From: Dipteris shenzhenensis
Taxonomy: Eukaryota
Direction: 5' to 3' (one strand)
Assembly: GCA_047967505.1 (NCBI GenBank)
Contig: CM106538.1
Length of the DNA: 64,000 nucleotides
Below, piece by piece: positions 47,561 through 59,039 of this stretch. A program made the translations under genes and the position numbers. Positions within the stretch are counted from its first letter, which is position 1, and each line of letters begins with the position of its first letter. The notes beneath the pieces were generated by a model. It was not told the origin of the DNA, searched no databases, and saw only the letters and a program-made list of their open reading frames with translations.

Positions 47561-49418
47561 GGAGCAGAGGGCTCAAAGGCCTAGAACCTGCTCTGATACC
47601 AAATGAAGGAAATGGAGAGAGTGAGAGCTAGAGAGAGTGAGAGAGTCGAAAGCTTGGAAGCTGTAGTTGCAAAATAGAGTGTAAAAGAGTACAACACAAA
47701 GTGAGTAGGATAAGGTTTTGTCCTAGTGACAAAACCTTAGTAGTCACTAACCATAGTTAGTGAACTAACTGCAGTTAGGGGGAAAAACCTCTAAATTGAG
47801 GGAAAAGTGCCCCTAACTAACTTATTATATTACATTGGTCACTGCTGAATTATATCTATAATTCCAACAGATGGCTGATTATACAGTCTCATTCAGGGAG
47901 AAATTTTTGGATTTGCCTCGGTTTATGCACCTTAATTTTCTCGCAGAGTAGAGGTTTAATTTGGATTGATATGCAAGCCTATCCTTGGAGACAGCATGGC
48001 TTCATTTGTGGGGATTTTAAACTCAACAGGGTGATAATACTTCTTTTTGGGTCCCACTGCAAGAACCTGATGGGAAAACTACCATATAATCAGAGTCTTC
48101 AAGACCTAAGTGCCTGGAGAACAGGGTCAGGATCAAGATACCACTATGAGTCCATGCCCCACTCCATGTAACCTGCAATCCTAATAGGTTGGAAGGCAAC
48201 CTCCAAAAGAATATCATTTGAAGATTTGAGAAGTCTGCCTCCCGACTGAACATCAAAGACAAGGGTCTCCTCATGTGCATCCCGCAAGGCAATGATCTGT
48301 AAGGGAACACCCGTCCCCGAGAAATATCCCAACCAAGTGGACTCTGTGATCGGCAAGTCATCTATATCTATCCACTCTGCTGGTATGGCTGCCTCTATCT
48401 GTTGCATCCTGACTGCAATCCCTCTGAGGTGGCCAACTAATAAGAGTCTCTGATCCTCTGGAAGCTATCTAAAAGCCTTTTAGGCACCTATAATGGAAGC
48501 AAGTCCTCTCTCCCATTTAGACCACTGCATATAATGTGACACTCCTAGTGACTGCCTGTCTATTTCTTTGCGAGAGGAGGGTGTAACTCTTTGAAGAGCA
48601 TCTCTGAAGCTGCCCCAAGCTTTCTGAATGGAAGCCATGAGAGGGGAAGGGGGAGATCTAAGATGGGCTGAAGTAAAAATCCATCTTGAGCTGTCCATCC
48701 AATCTCCCCCGTGAGAAGGTGTACAAGACTGAATGCTACGTAGGAAAAAATATTTCCAAGGCTCGCCTAGGCATCAATCCTCTCACTACGAATTTGCAGA
48801 GCAAGGCCATACACTACAAATTCAGATAAGTAATATTGAGACCTTCCCCTGTGGGGAGAATGAGGGTCTCCCAAGCCACCCTAGCTACAACATCTGAGGT
48901 ACCTTCTAACCCATTCCAAAGAAAGCTCCTGACAGGTCTCATGAGCTGAGTGCAAAACAAATCCAAGGATGTCTTTAACGAGGTGAGTGTCTGCGGTGTG
49001 GCATCCAAAAAACAGCCGTATCACCTACCAACTCACTATCCAAAAGCTCATCCTCCTGCCTCAATGGAAGTCTCAGCCCTATAATATCAGCTTGAGCTCT
49101 GAGGTAATAGCTCATAGCTTCGGCCACAAATAAAAAGAGAAAGGGGGCTGTTGGGGTAAAGGCACATTGCCAACCCTTCATTAAAAGATAGGACACCTAT
49201 GACTGTCTTAAGACAGTCATAGGGCAAACCTAATCCTAATAAAACATAAGTGAGTTTGTGGTGTGGCTCACATTGGACTTCACACCCGCACTAGAGTGTC
49301 TCACTCTCACTCTCTTGCTCTCTTCCACTCCACTCTTCTTCCCCCCTATCAACTGGTATCAGAGCCTCCTTTTCCCTTGCCTCCTCTCCCTAGCTTCCTC
49401 TCCCTAGCCTAACCTTTT

Positions 49419-50020
49419 CCGTACGGACGTACGGACCGTACCGTACGACCGTACTTCGTCCGTATAGTCGTACGAACGGACTGCGACAGCGCAGCAGCAC
49501 AGTGCGCAGGCGGCGCAGCAGTGCAGAGTGTGGTAGCGGGCGTGGTCACGGGCGTGGTCACAGGCGTGGTCGCAGATCGTGGGCTGTACAGCAGCTACAT
49601 AGCTGCAGGGCGGAGCTGCATCAAGCAGCTATACAGCTGCCTGCAGGTGCATTTCGCGCGCAGGGCGGCGCACTTCGTACACAGGGCAGCAGCAGATCTG
49701 CGGGCAGCAAGGCGGCGCATCGCGCAGGTGCAGGCCTCTTTCGTGCGCCGTACATCTGTACGGCCGTACAGTTGTACGGTGGCCGTACGTCCGTACTGCC
49801 GTACTGCCATACCTACAGGGAGCTGTTTTTTCGTTTTTTGTGCAGCAGGGAGGTACATTTTTCGGTTTTTTCGGGAGCTGTGTCAGGGACTTTCGACAGG
49901 AAGACATCGTTTTTTCTGGATCTGCGTCAGAGGAGTACATTTCTCCTTGGATTTGTACCCTGCACAGGTACAGCAGGTACATCTGTACCCTGCACAGGTA
50001 CACAGGTACTAAAGTACAGC
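49419..50020 (+). promoter_or_regulatory. CCGTAC/GTAC motif clusters in the Copia B leader
   Basis: 6 GTAC in 49419-49475, 7 in 49747-49806 and more to 50020; function inferred. Confidence 0.55.
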
Positions 50021-51210
50021 AGGTCCAGCCTTTTTTTTTTTTTGGGAAAGAAAGAGAGGAGAAAGAGCATTCTGCTCTTCATTTCTCTTGATTCAAGGTC
50101 ATTTTTCAGTTCACAAAAACTGTCTTATCTTGAAAGTACAGCCAGTACTTTCATTCATCTCGTGCTTGAGGTGAAGGAACCACAGTGCGTGGTTGATTGC
50201 ACAGTTATTCTGTTCTGGGAATGTAATGCCTTGATTTTGCAAGAGGACATATGCTTTTACTGGGTTGAATCTCAGTTTACAGGTGAGCAGATCATAGGGC
50301 TTTTGCACGGAAGGTGATGCATTGTATGCCTTGAGGCAGTGTGGTGCCAGAGAGCACACTTTTGTCTTGATTTCCGCAGTGTCGAGGTGACATTTACTTG
50401 CAGGTCACATTTCTTGTGCAACACTCAGAGAACTTCAGTTGAGCCACGCTTGGCCAGGGCGCATCGAGTTTACTCGGTCCCTAACTGTCCATCGTTGACA
50501 GTGCTCAAAAGGTTCCTCATTGAGTGTTTGTACGTTGGGATCTGTGTATGTCATTTCTACACAGGGCAGTATATGCATTACACTGGTGGATATTTTTTGT
50601 CAGAGAGATTTTCATGTTGCATGCTACCTCAGTGCTGAGGTGTTCTCCACTTGATTCAGTTGTCAGATCAAGGGGCTTTTGCCCAAACTTTGTTTGACAG
50701 CACTTGGGATACTGACAGAGATCTTCAGATGCATTTTCTCCCCTTGATATAAGGGTGATTGCTTGGGATTTCTCCCATTTTCTGTTGCAGGCTTTGTAAC
50801 AGGCTCAAGGATCATTTACTTTTTTTTTGGATGTTAGTCAAGTGGTTTCTGCAATTTAACTCAGTGCAAGACCTCATCTGAGGTGGGAGAAGTGATCAGT
50901 ACAGTCAGTACAGCAGTGTTTACAGCAGTGTTGGTGATTTTGTCAGATGATTATGCACTGTTAAGCACTTGTTGAGCAGCAGCAGTCTGAAATTACTGTT
51001 CTTTTATGCCTCTTTGAGCTCAGAACAGTGTGTCAGAAGGTACAGTTTTTGCAGGGTCATTTACTGTTTTGCTGCAGATTTTACTGACAGTAAAAACAGC
51101 ACCATTGAGAGTGCTTCTGGCTCTTGAATAGAGCATTTTTTTTTCTGAGAAATCAGAACTTTTATTCAGTCTTTTTACTTCCAGGGTGTCAGGTACTTTC
51201 CTCATCTGAT

Positions 51211-54200
51211 ATGGCATTAGGGGGAAGTGATGCTTCTATTCTAAACATAAAGAAACTGGAAGGAGCACACAACTATCCATTATGGGCAGAACAATGCTTG
51301 AATGTACTTCTGTTAAAGAAGATTGCTAAGCCCATAAGGGTGAAGGGTGTCAAGCCATCTGATATGTCAGCTGATGACTGGGAAGAGCTTGACTTGTCCG
51401 CGAGGGCAGCTATCATGCTCACTATTTCAGACACTCTTGTGTTCAATGTATAGGCTGAAAAGACCTCTTATGGTCTATGGCAAAGACTAGAAGAATTATA
51501 TGCCCAAAAGAGCTCAGCCAGTAAGGTTTATTGGCTGAAGAAGCTGGTTGATCTTCGCATGAAGGAAGGTACAGCTATGACCTCACACTTGAGTGAGTTC
51601 AATGCTATCTTTACACAGCTGATTGCACAGGGGTTGAACCTTGATGAGGAGTTCAAGGCTACTTTCTTGCTGTGTACCCTCCCCGAGAGTTGGGACACTT
51701 TCAAGACCACCTTGTCAAACTCGAATGCCACTCTTATTTATGCTGATGTAGAGAGCTCTCTCCTTATGGAGGAGATGAGCAGGAAGAATAATGCGGGCAG
51801 CAAGTCTTCAAATGCTTTGCAGGTACAGGACAGAGGCAGGACTCAGCAGAAGGGGAGATCTGCTAGTAAGTCCAAATCCCGCAGTCAGTCCCGTGGCAAA
51901 AAGGACATTGAATGCTTTTATTGTGGCAAGAAGGGACATGTGAAGTCGAAGTGCTTCAAGTTCATACGGGATCAGAAAGCCAAGAAGGCTGAAACAAAGG
52001 ATGCAGGAAATGCAAGCAAAGGCAAAGGCAAGGCCAAGGCAGATGACTTGGATGCAGTGAATGTTGCAGCAGAGGACAGTGACAGTGACATACATGATGT
52101 TTTATGCTCTTCTGCTGTAATAGCACATGCTTGGGTTATTGATGGCCATGACATGCACACCTGGCTCTTGGAATCAGGTGCCTCTTTTCATGTTACTCCT
52201 CATAGGGAGTGGTTTACTTCCTACACAAGTACTCATGGAGTTGTTCATCTTGGGAACAACTATGCATGTCAGATTGCAGGGATTGGCAGTATACAGATAG
52301 TATTTCCTGATGGACGCACATTCATGCTTGATGGTGTCCGCCATGTGCCGCAAATCAAGAAAAATCTGATTAGCACTGGCTTATTGGATGACAGTGGTTA
52401 CCACACCACATTTGGGGATTCCAAATGGGTGATTACTGATGGCCAGACTGTAGTGGCTGAGGGTTTTAAGAGTGATACCTTGTACCCTCTTAATGTTTCC
52501 AGTGTGGGTAATCATGTTGTTGCCATAACCGAGCTGCCAAAGGTTTCATTGTGGCATAGCCGGTTGGGACACATGTCTGTTAAAGGAATGCAAGAACTGT
52601 CACGTTTGGGTTATCTGCCGCCTCTCTCTTTTTCAGATTTGCCTACTTGTGATCATTGTATTTTTGGCAAGCATTCTGTGACTCCTCATAAGAGGAGATC
52701 TCCCCAGAATAGAGCACCACTTGATCTAGTGCACACTGATTTGTGTGAGATGCCACAGTTATCACTAGGGGGTGCAAAATATTTTATTACTTTCATTGAT
52801 GATGCCACACGTAAGGTGTGGGTCTATTTCTTGAAGCATAAGGGAGATGCCTTAGATGCTTTCAAGAAGTTTGTCGCTCAGGTAGAGAATCGGACAGGTC
52901 GTAGGCTGAAATGCCTCAGATCCGATAATGGGGGTGAGTATGTGTCACATGCTTTTGTGCAGTTTTGCCAAGCTAAGGGCATCAAACAGGAACTCACAGC
53001 CCCTCATAATGCATCTCAAAATGGTGCAAGTGAGCGGATGAATCGAACTATTCAGGAAAAGGTTCGATGTATGTTGTCTTATGCTGCATTACCCCATGGC
53101 TTTTGGGCAGAAGCCGTGCAAACAGCAGTTCACATTATTAACAGGTCGCCAAACAAGGCTTTGGAGTTGAAAGTGCCAGAGGAGGTGTGGTCTGGCAAGC
53201 CACCCTCATACAAGCACTTACGTGTATTTGGCTGCGAGTGCTTTGCTCATGTACGCAAAGAACTACGCACCAAACTGGATCCAAAGTCTATCAGATGCAT
53301 CTTTATGGGTTATGGTGACGAAGGTGAAATGGGGTACAGGTTATGGGATCCCGTTAAACGGAAGATTATACGCAGCAATGATGTCATCTTTAAAGAGGAT
53401 AGTGTACACAAGAAACCCGTGCAACCTGTGGAATACAGGAGGGTTATTTATGATGATGTTGGACAGCAAAGAATGCCCATTTATATGCAGCAGCAGGCTG
53501 CTGCAGATCACCCTGTTCAAGAGGGTATACAGGCTGAAAATCAGCCAGATAATTTTGCCAATGATGCACCACTGGATGTGCCAACAGATGGGGCTGTAGA
53601 ACAGCCAGATATGGTGGTACAGCCACCCGTCATGCATGAACAACAGGCTGGACAGCAGCCTAATGCGGAACATTTTGTTAGGAGGAGCTCCCGTGCACAA
53701 CGGCCTCCTGTCAGGTTTGTTCCAGGAGCCAATAATGTGGCTGATTTTATCATGCTGACTGATTGTGGTGAGCCTTCCAGCTTCAAGGAAGCTATGGGAA
53801 GAACAGAGAAAAAGAAGTGGGAGAAAGCCATGCAATCTGAAATGGACTCCCTACTTCAGAATGATACATGGGACTTGGTGCAGTTACCTGCAGGCAGAAA
53901 GGTTTTGCCATGCAAGTGGGTTTACAAAGTCAAAGTGGATTCAAATGCTTTACCTCGGTATAAGGCCAGATTGGTTGCCAAGGGATTTAAGCAGGAGAAG
54001 GGCATTGACTTTGATGAGATTTTTTCCCCTGTAGTCAAGATGACTACTTTGAGAGCAGTATTAGCTCTTGTTGCTCATGATGACATGGATTTATGTCAGA
54101 TGGATGTGAAGACAGCTTTTCTTCACGGAGATCTCCATGATGAGATCTATATGAGTCAGCCAGAGGGATATGCTGTTAAAGGGAAAGAGCAGCTTGTGTG

Positions 54201-55320
54201 TAAGCTCAAAAGGAGCTTGTATGGACTCAAGCAGGCACCAAGAGAATGGTACAAGAAGTTTGATGCCTTCATGCAGTCCCAAGGGTATCATCGGTGTGAG
54301 ACCGATCATTGCTTATACACCAAACGGGCAAAGGATGGCAGTTTGATGCTACTCATTCTGTATGTGGATGACATGCTTATTGCCAGTAAATCTCAGCATG
54401 AGATTAATGCTTTGAAGAAACAACTGCATAAGTCTTTTGACATGAAAGACTTGGGTGATGCAAATCATATTCTTGGCATGCGTATTACTCGTGACAGGTC
54501 CAAGGGACTTTTGTTTCTGTCACAGAAAGAGTACATTGACAAAGTACTGCAGCGCTTTAAAATGGAAGGGGGGAAGTCCATTAGTACCCCGTTGCCTCCA
54601 CATTTAAAAATCAGCAGTAAGGACAGCCCCAGATCAGATGATGATAAGGCTGAAATGGCCAAGGTTCCGTATGCATCTGCAGTTGGATCTTTGATGTATG
54701 CCATGGTTGCCACTCGTCCGGATATTGCTTTTGCGGTGGGAGTCATCAGCAGGTATATGGCAAATCCAGGCAAGCGGCACTGGGAAGCAGTGAAAGGTGT
54801 CTTGAGGTATCTCAAGGGTACCAAAGACTTGTGCATATGCTATGGTAGGCAGGATGCATTGGTGCATGGTTTTACAGATTCAGACTATGCAGGGAATGCA
54901 GATAACCGGAAGTCTACTACCGGTTATATTTTTATATTTGCAGGAGGTGCTACATCATGGGTGTCTCGGTTGCAGAAATGCGTTGCACTGTCAACCACAG
55001 AAGCTGAATATGTTGCAGCCACTGAGGCTTGCAAGGAAGCAATATGGCTTACTCGGCTGGTGGGAGATTTGGGCATTACAGGAGATATGCCAGTTTTGCA
55101 TTGTGATAGTCAGAGTGCTATCATGTTGGCAAAGAATCCGGTCTTTCATCAGAAGACCAAGCACATAGAGGTGAAATATCATTTCATCAGTGAGGTACTG
55201 GAAGACAAGCGACTTGAGCTTGTGAAAGTGCATACTGATGATAATCCTGCAGATTTGCTCACTAAGAGCTTGCCTACAGAGCGGTTTGCACATTGCCGCC
55301 ACATCATGGGATTAGGATGA
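51211..55320 (+). pseudogene. pol: Copia gag-pol polyprotein with one in-frame TAG (51451-51453) and protease D to E change
   Basis: ATG 51211 is in frame with the 1253 aa ORF 51559-55320; TAG corresponds to CAG in copy A; LLESGAS versus LLDSGAS in A. Confidence 0.93.
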
Positions 55321-56436
55321 GACCATTCTTACTTTATGGTCTTGTATACAGTAACTGTATATTGCTGTAATTTTTTATTCTTTTCTCCCCTTTAGGCACA
55401 TTGGCCTTTAGGTGGGAGGTTGTTGGGGTAAAGGCACATTGCCAACCCTTCATTAAAAGATAGGACACCTATGACTGTCTTAAGACAGTCATAGGGCAAA
55501 CCTAATCCTAATAAAACATAAGTGAGTTTGTGGTGTGGCTCACATTGGACTTCACACCCGCACTAGAGTGTCTCACTCTCACTCTCTTGCTCTCTTCCAC
55601 TCCACTCTTCTTCCCCCCTATCAGGGGCTAAAGGGCATCCCTGACGGACCTGACACCCCTCTGCTGATCCATGCATCTGTGAATCCAAAGCGAGCGATGG
55701 TACCCTCTAGAAAACCCCAGGCTACTCTGTCATAAGCTTTCTCAAAGTCCAGGAATATAATGGCAAGCCTATGGCCATTATGCATGGCCCATTCAGAAGC
55801 CTCCCAAAATGAGAAAATACTATCAAAGACGCTCCTGCCATGCACAAATCCCGTCTGCATATCATGTATAAGATCTGGAAGAGAGGGCTGCAACCGTAGG
55901 CTGATTGCTTTTGCTAGGATTTTGTACAAAGTGCCCAACAAAGTGATCGGTCTCCACTGAGACACTAAATTTCTATAACCCCCTTGTGGGATAAGATGAA
56001 TGAGGCCCTTAGTAAGTGAGTTTGGCATCTCACCTGAGTCTTAAAAGCCCTGCAGGGCTGAGGTAATGTGATCCCCAATATGATTCTAAAATGAAATAAA
56101 GAAAGAGGGTGTAAAGCCCATCTGAACCAGGGCACTTGCCCTTGTGAAGGGCAGAGAGAGCAGTCCTAAACTCTATGTGGGTGAATGGTGCATCAAGTGA
56201 GACTATCATATCTCCAGTCACCAACATAGGTAAGTGTTGCCAAATAACACCTCGAGCATCATCTCTGGCCGGAGTGTCAGGATCTGCTGTAAGAAGAGAG
56301 GCATAAAAATATGTGGCTACCTGCAAGACGGTACCTGGATGTGTCTATAAAACTCCGTCTGAGTCAACAAGTTGTGAAATGCTCTCCCTACTATGACTTG
56401 AACCAAGAGTAGAGAAGAACTACTTGTTGACCCTAC

Positions 56437-56570
56437 TGTGAACACAAGGAGAGCAAGAGTGAGAGAGAGAATGAGCTGAATGTAAGTGTACTGAATAGTG
56501 GACTAAAATGAAGTGAGTACAAAAGAGAAGTGAGGGTTTTGTTGTAAGTGACAAAACCCTATGGTTTTAT
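56437..56570 (-). repeat. Truncated LTR fragment related to the Copia C LTR
   Basis: Starts TG; GA-rich stretch, AAGTGAGTA and GGTTTTGT...GACAAAACC hairpin as in 42007-42142. Confidence 0.55.
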
Positions 56571-58738
56571 TCCTCGTAGGCATATCACTGACAATATTGC
56601 AAATGCCTATGTTGAGATTGAGTATGCCAAGTATAGAGAGTAGGATGTTCTCTTGTTGCAAGTAGATATTGCAAAGGCTTTTGACACCATAATGGATTTT
56701 ATAGCTCAGACCATGCTAGCTTTGGGCTCAGAAATTGCAGTATATCATCTTTTGACTCTACAATGTGACAGCCAAGCTGCATGCATCTTGTCGGGGGATA
56801 TTTCTGAAGCTTGGACACTCCATTGTTCAGTTCACCAGGGCTGTCCTCTTAGGGCTATTCTATATGCTATAGCCACGCATCCTATGCTTCTTTAATCATT
56901 TGGTGGCGACTAGCATGTTACATGGCTTGCACATTCTTGGAAGTCGCCCTCTGGTTGCTCCGGCTTATGTAGATGATTCCTTTTTTTGTGCCACGTGATA
57001 CTGAAAGGAACCTTGCTTCACTTATGCAGTCTCTCTCATTGTATGGGCTGGTTGCTGGCCTTCATGTCAATTTTCAGAAATGTCGCTTGTTGCCTTTGCA
57101 TTCTAAAGGTTGGCATAGTTTGGTATGGCCAGGGGAAATTGTCACGCCCACTCAGCCGGTATGCCATCTTGGTTATCCTCTGGGTTGGACAATTATAGGT
57201 CGCCAACAGATTGATTGGGTTCTTGCCAAATTAAAGAAAAAGCTGGAATATTGGAAGTTAGCTACTTGGCCTTTGCATGTCCGGCTCATAATTGTTCAAT
57301 CTATTTTGGTGGCCTACATTCAATTTTATCTGCCATTGATCTTTTTTACCAAAGGAGATCTTACATCCTTTATGTCTACCATCATGGAAATTTTCTGGCA
57401 TTCAAAACATGGCAGGAAAAGCTTGTGCTTGCTTCCTATACAACAGTTATGTTCACCAAAATTGCATGGGGGGTCGAATATTCTCAATATCCAGTTGCAC
57501 ATTCTGGCTCATAAAGGGAAAATGATGCTACAGTTCCTACATGGTGATCACCCTTGGGCTACTATGATGCGCTTCTTGCTTCTTCAAATTACTACTAGTG
57601 CATTTGGTTATTGGCAACCTATTTAGTGGGATATTCTATTGGGCAGTATTGAAGACAAGGTCAAAGGTTGTCCTCTCGTTTCTCAAATGTTTTCGGATTG
57701 GAAACATATTCTCTCACATTTGGCTTGGTATGGCCGTGACTCTTTGCAGGGTAACTCTTTGAGAGCTGAGAGCATCCATTGGTCACGGGTTTTTTCTCCA
57801 CCGTAGGCTTTGTAGGAGCCCAGACGCTCATATTTTCTTTAGATCCCCTTTGTGACAGATGTCATTCATGATGATGGTACTCTTCTATCCTTTCCTTTGG
57901 CTGCTGGAAAATATGGTTTAGGAATTCACTATCATCCTCTAAGGCAAACCATTACTCGGATGCTTCAGCCGTTTTAGCCAGTACCGCCTTTAGATTTCAA
58001 GACAGAGGCTTCAGGATTGGACTCTTCGTCCAGCACACTCATCCATTCGTCCTTTGAAGCTGTCTCATATTATAGTGTCATCTTTATATAAAGTTATGCT
58101 ATCTCCACCTTGGGTGCCAGATAGGGCTAATCAGATTTGGTGTTAGCATCGTCCAGTCAAATGGTGGAGAAAAAGATTAAAACAGATTTGGCACTCCAAG
58201 GTCCCTCTTAGACAACAGGTCTTTTTATGGCGCGTTTTGTTGGGGTTTTCCCATCTGGACAGCTTCTATCATGCAGACGTATTGCTCCGGCTATTTGTCA
58301 TCGGTGTTTGATTCCAAGGGAGTCTATGTCTCATTATTTTTGGCACTGCTCCAAGACACGGGACTTCTTGGGCATCCTTCGGCAAAGATTGCGACTGAAA
58401 TTTCCTCAAGCTTCTTTCGGGAAGCTTTTCTGGCTTTTTGGGATATATCCTTGACGGCTGGATTTTGAGTTGTTCTTTACCTGGGTTCGCTATTGGGCAC
58501 TCTAGACTCTGTGGAAAGACAGAAACCATAGAGTCTTTGGTGATTTTTCTACTTTTGTTTTCTTTCGTCGTTCTTTGCAGCAATCGCTCTTTGATTGTCT
58601 GCAAACTCACTACATAGATTATGATGTATATTTGTTCTATGTGGGGATTTTCTCTTGATATACTTTTTCAGCTTCCCAGTTTTAAGATAGCCACCTTGTA
58701 ATATAAAACATCCAAAGTTTTGAACCCAAAAAAAAGTG
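56570..58738 (+). mobile_element. L1-type LINE (second family), RT and C-terminal zinc finger with poly(A) 3' end
   Basis: VDIAKAFDT, HQGCPL, AYVDD remnant, ICHRC...ESMSHYFWHC; ends TATAAAA...CCCAAAAAAAA. Confidence 0.88.
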
Positions 58739-58753
58739 TGTTTGTGTGTGTGA

Positions 58754-58803
<50 letters not shown>
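58739..58803. repeat. Compound (GT)n(GA)n microsatellite; similar tracts at 59013-59036 and 63029-63130
   Basis: Direct read. Confidence 0.92.
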
Positions 58804-58808
<5 letters not shown>

Positions 58809-59010
58809 TAGAGTTTTTGGTGACGCGACTTTCTTTCTGCAGGTACTTGCAACAATCGTTTTATGATTGTTTGCAAACAGGGTCTCTAGATCAGGATGTA
58901 TATTTGTCATATATTGACATCTTTGCTTGATGTATTTTGAGCATATCCTGCTTTGGGATGCTTATCTTGTAGTATAAAAGCAACAATATTTTCACCAAAA
59001 AAGAAGGAGA
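58804..59010 (+). mobile_element. Second, 5'-truncated L1 3' end
   Basis: Homologous to 58527-58738 (CATAGAGT.TTTGGTGA...GCAATCG...TGATTGT.TGCAAAC); ends TTTCACCAAAAAA. Confidence 0.75.
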
Positions 59011-59039
59011 AACTGTGTGTGTGTGTGAGAGAGAGTCAT

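Larger units (their letters stand above)
42007..47869 (-). mobile_element. Ty1/Copia LTR retrotransposon C, near intact
   Basis: 266 bp LTRs 42007-42272 and 47604-47869; TSD GATGG; PBS (reverse complement) at 47590-47601; PPT GGGGGG adjacent to 42273. Confidence 0.97.
41935..48020 (+). mobile_element. Short + strand L1 endonuclease fragment (41935-42006 and 47870-48020) split by Copia C
   Basis: QGRW|LII..., ASVYAP, FICGDF; homologous to 59570-59670. Confidence 0.65.
49149..55623 (+). mobile_element. Ty1/Copia LTR retrotransposon B (same family as A), recent insertion
   Basis: 203 bp LTRs 49149-49351 and 55421-55623, apparently identical; TSD GGGGC; PBS 49354-49365; PPT AGGTGGGAGG. Confidence 0.97.
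48020..56436 (-). mobile_element. L1-type LINE RT region (48020-49148 and 55624-56436) split by Copia B
   Basis: GKCPGSDG, WRPITLLGTLYKILAK, QTGFV.GR, LDFEKAYDRV; the QGCPLAP|FLF motif is cut by the Copia insertion. Confidence 0.88.

Noticed and set aside
49502-50317. Long ORFs in GC-rich leaders (also 9842-10547, 31219-31730, 47034-47606)
   Set aside because: They overlap in several frames on both strands and are explained by stop-poor GTAC/GCA repeats; not conserved between Copia A and B
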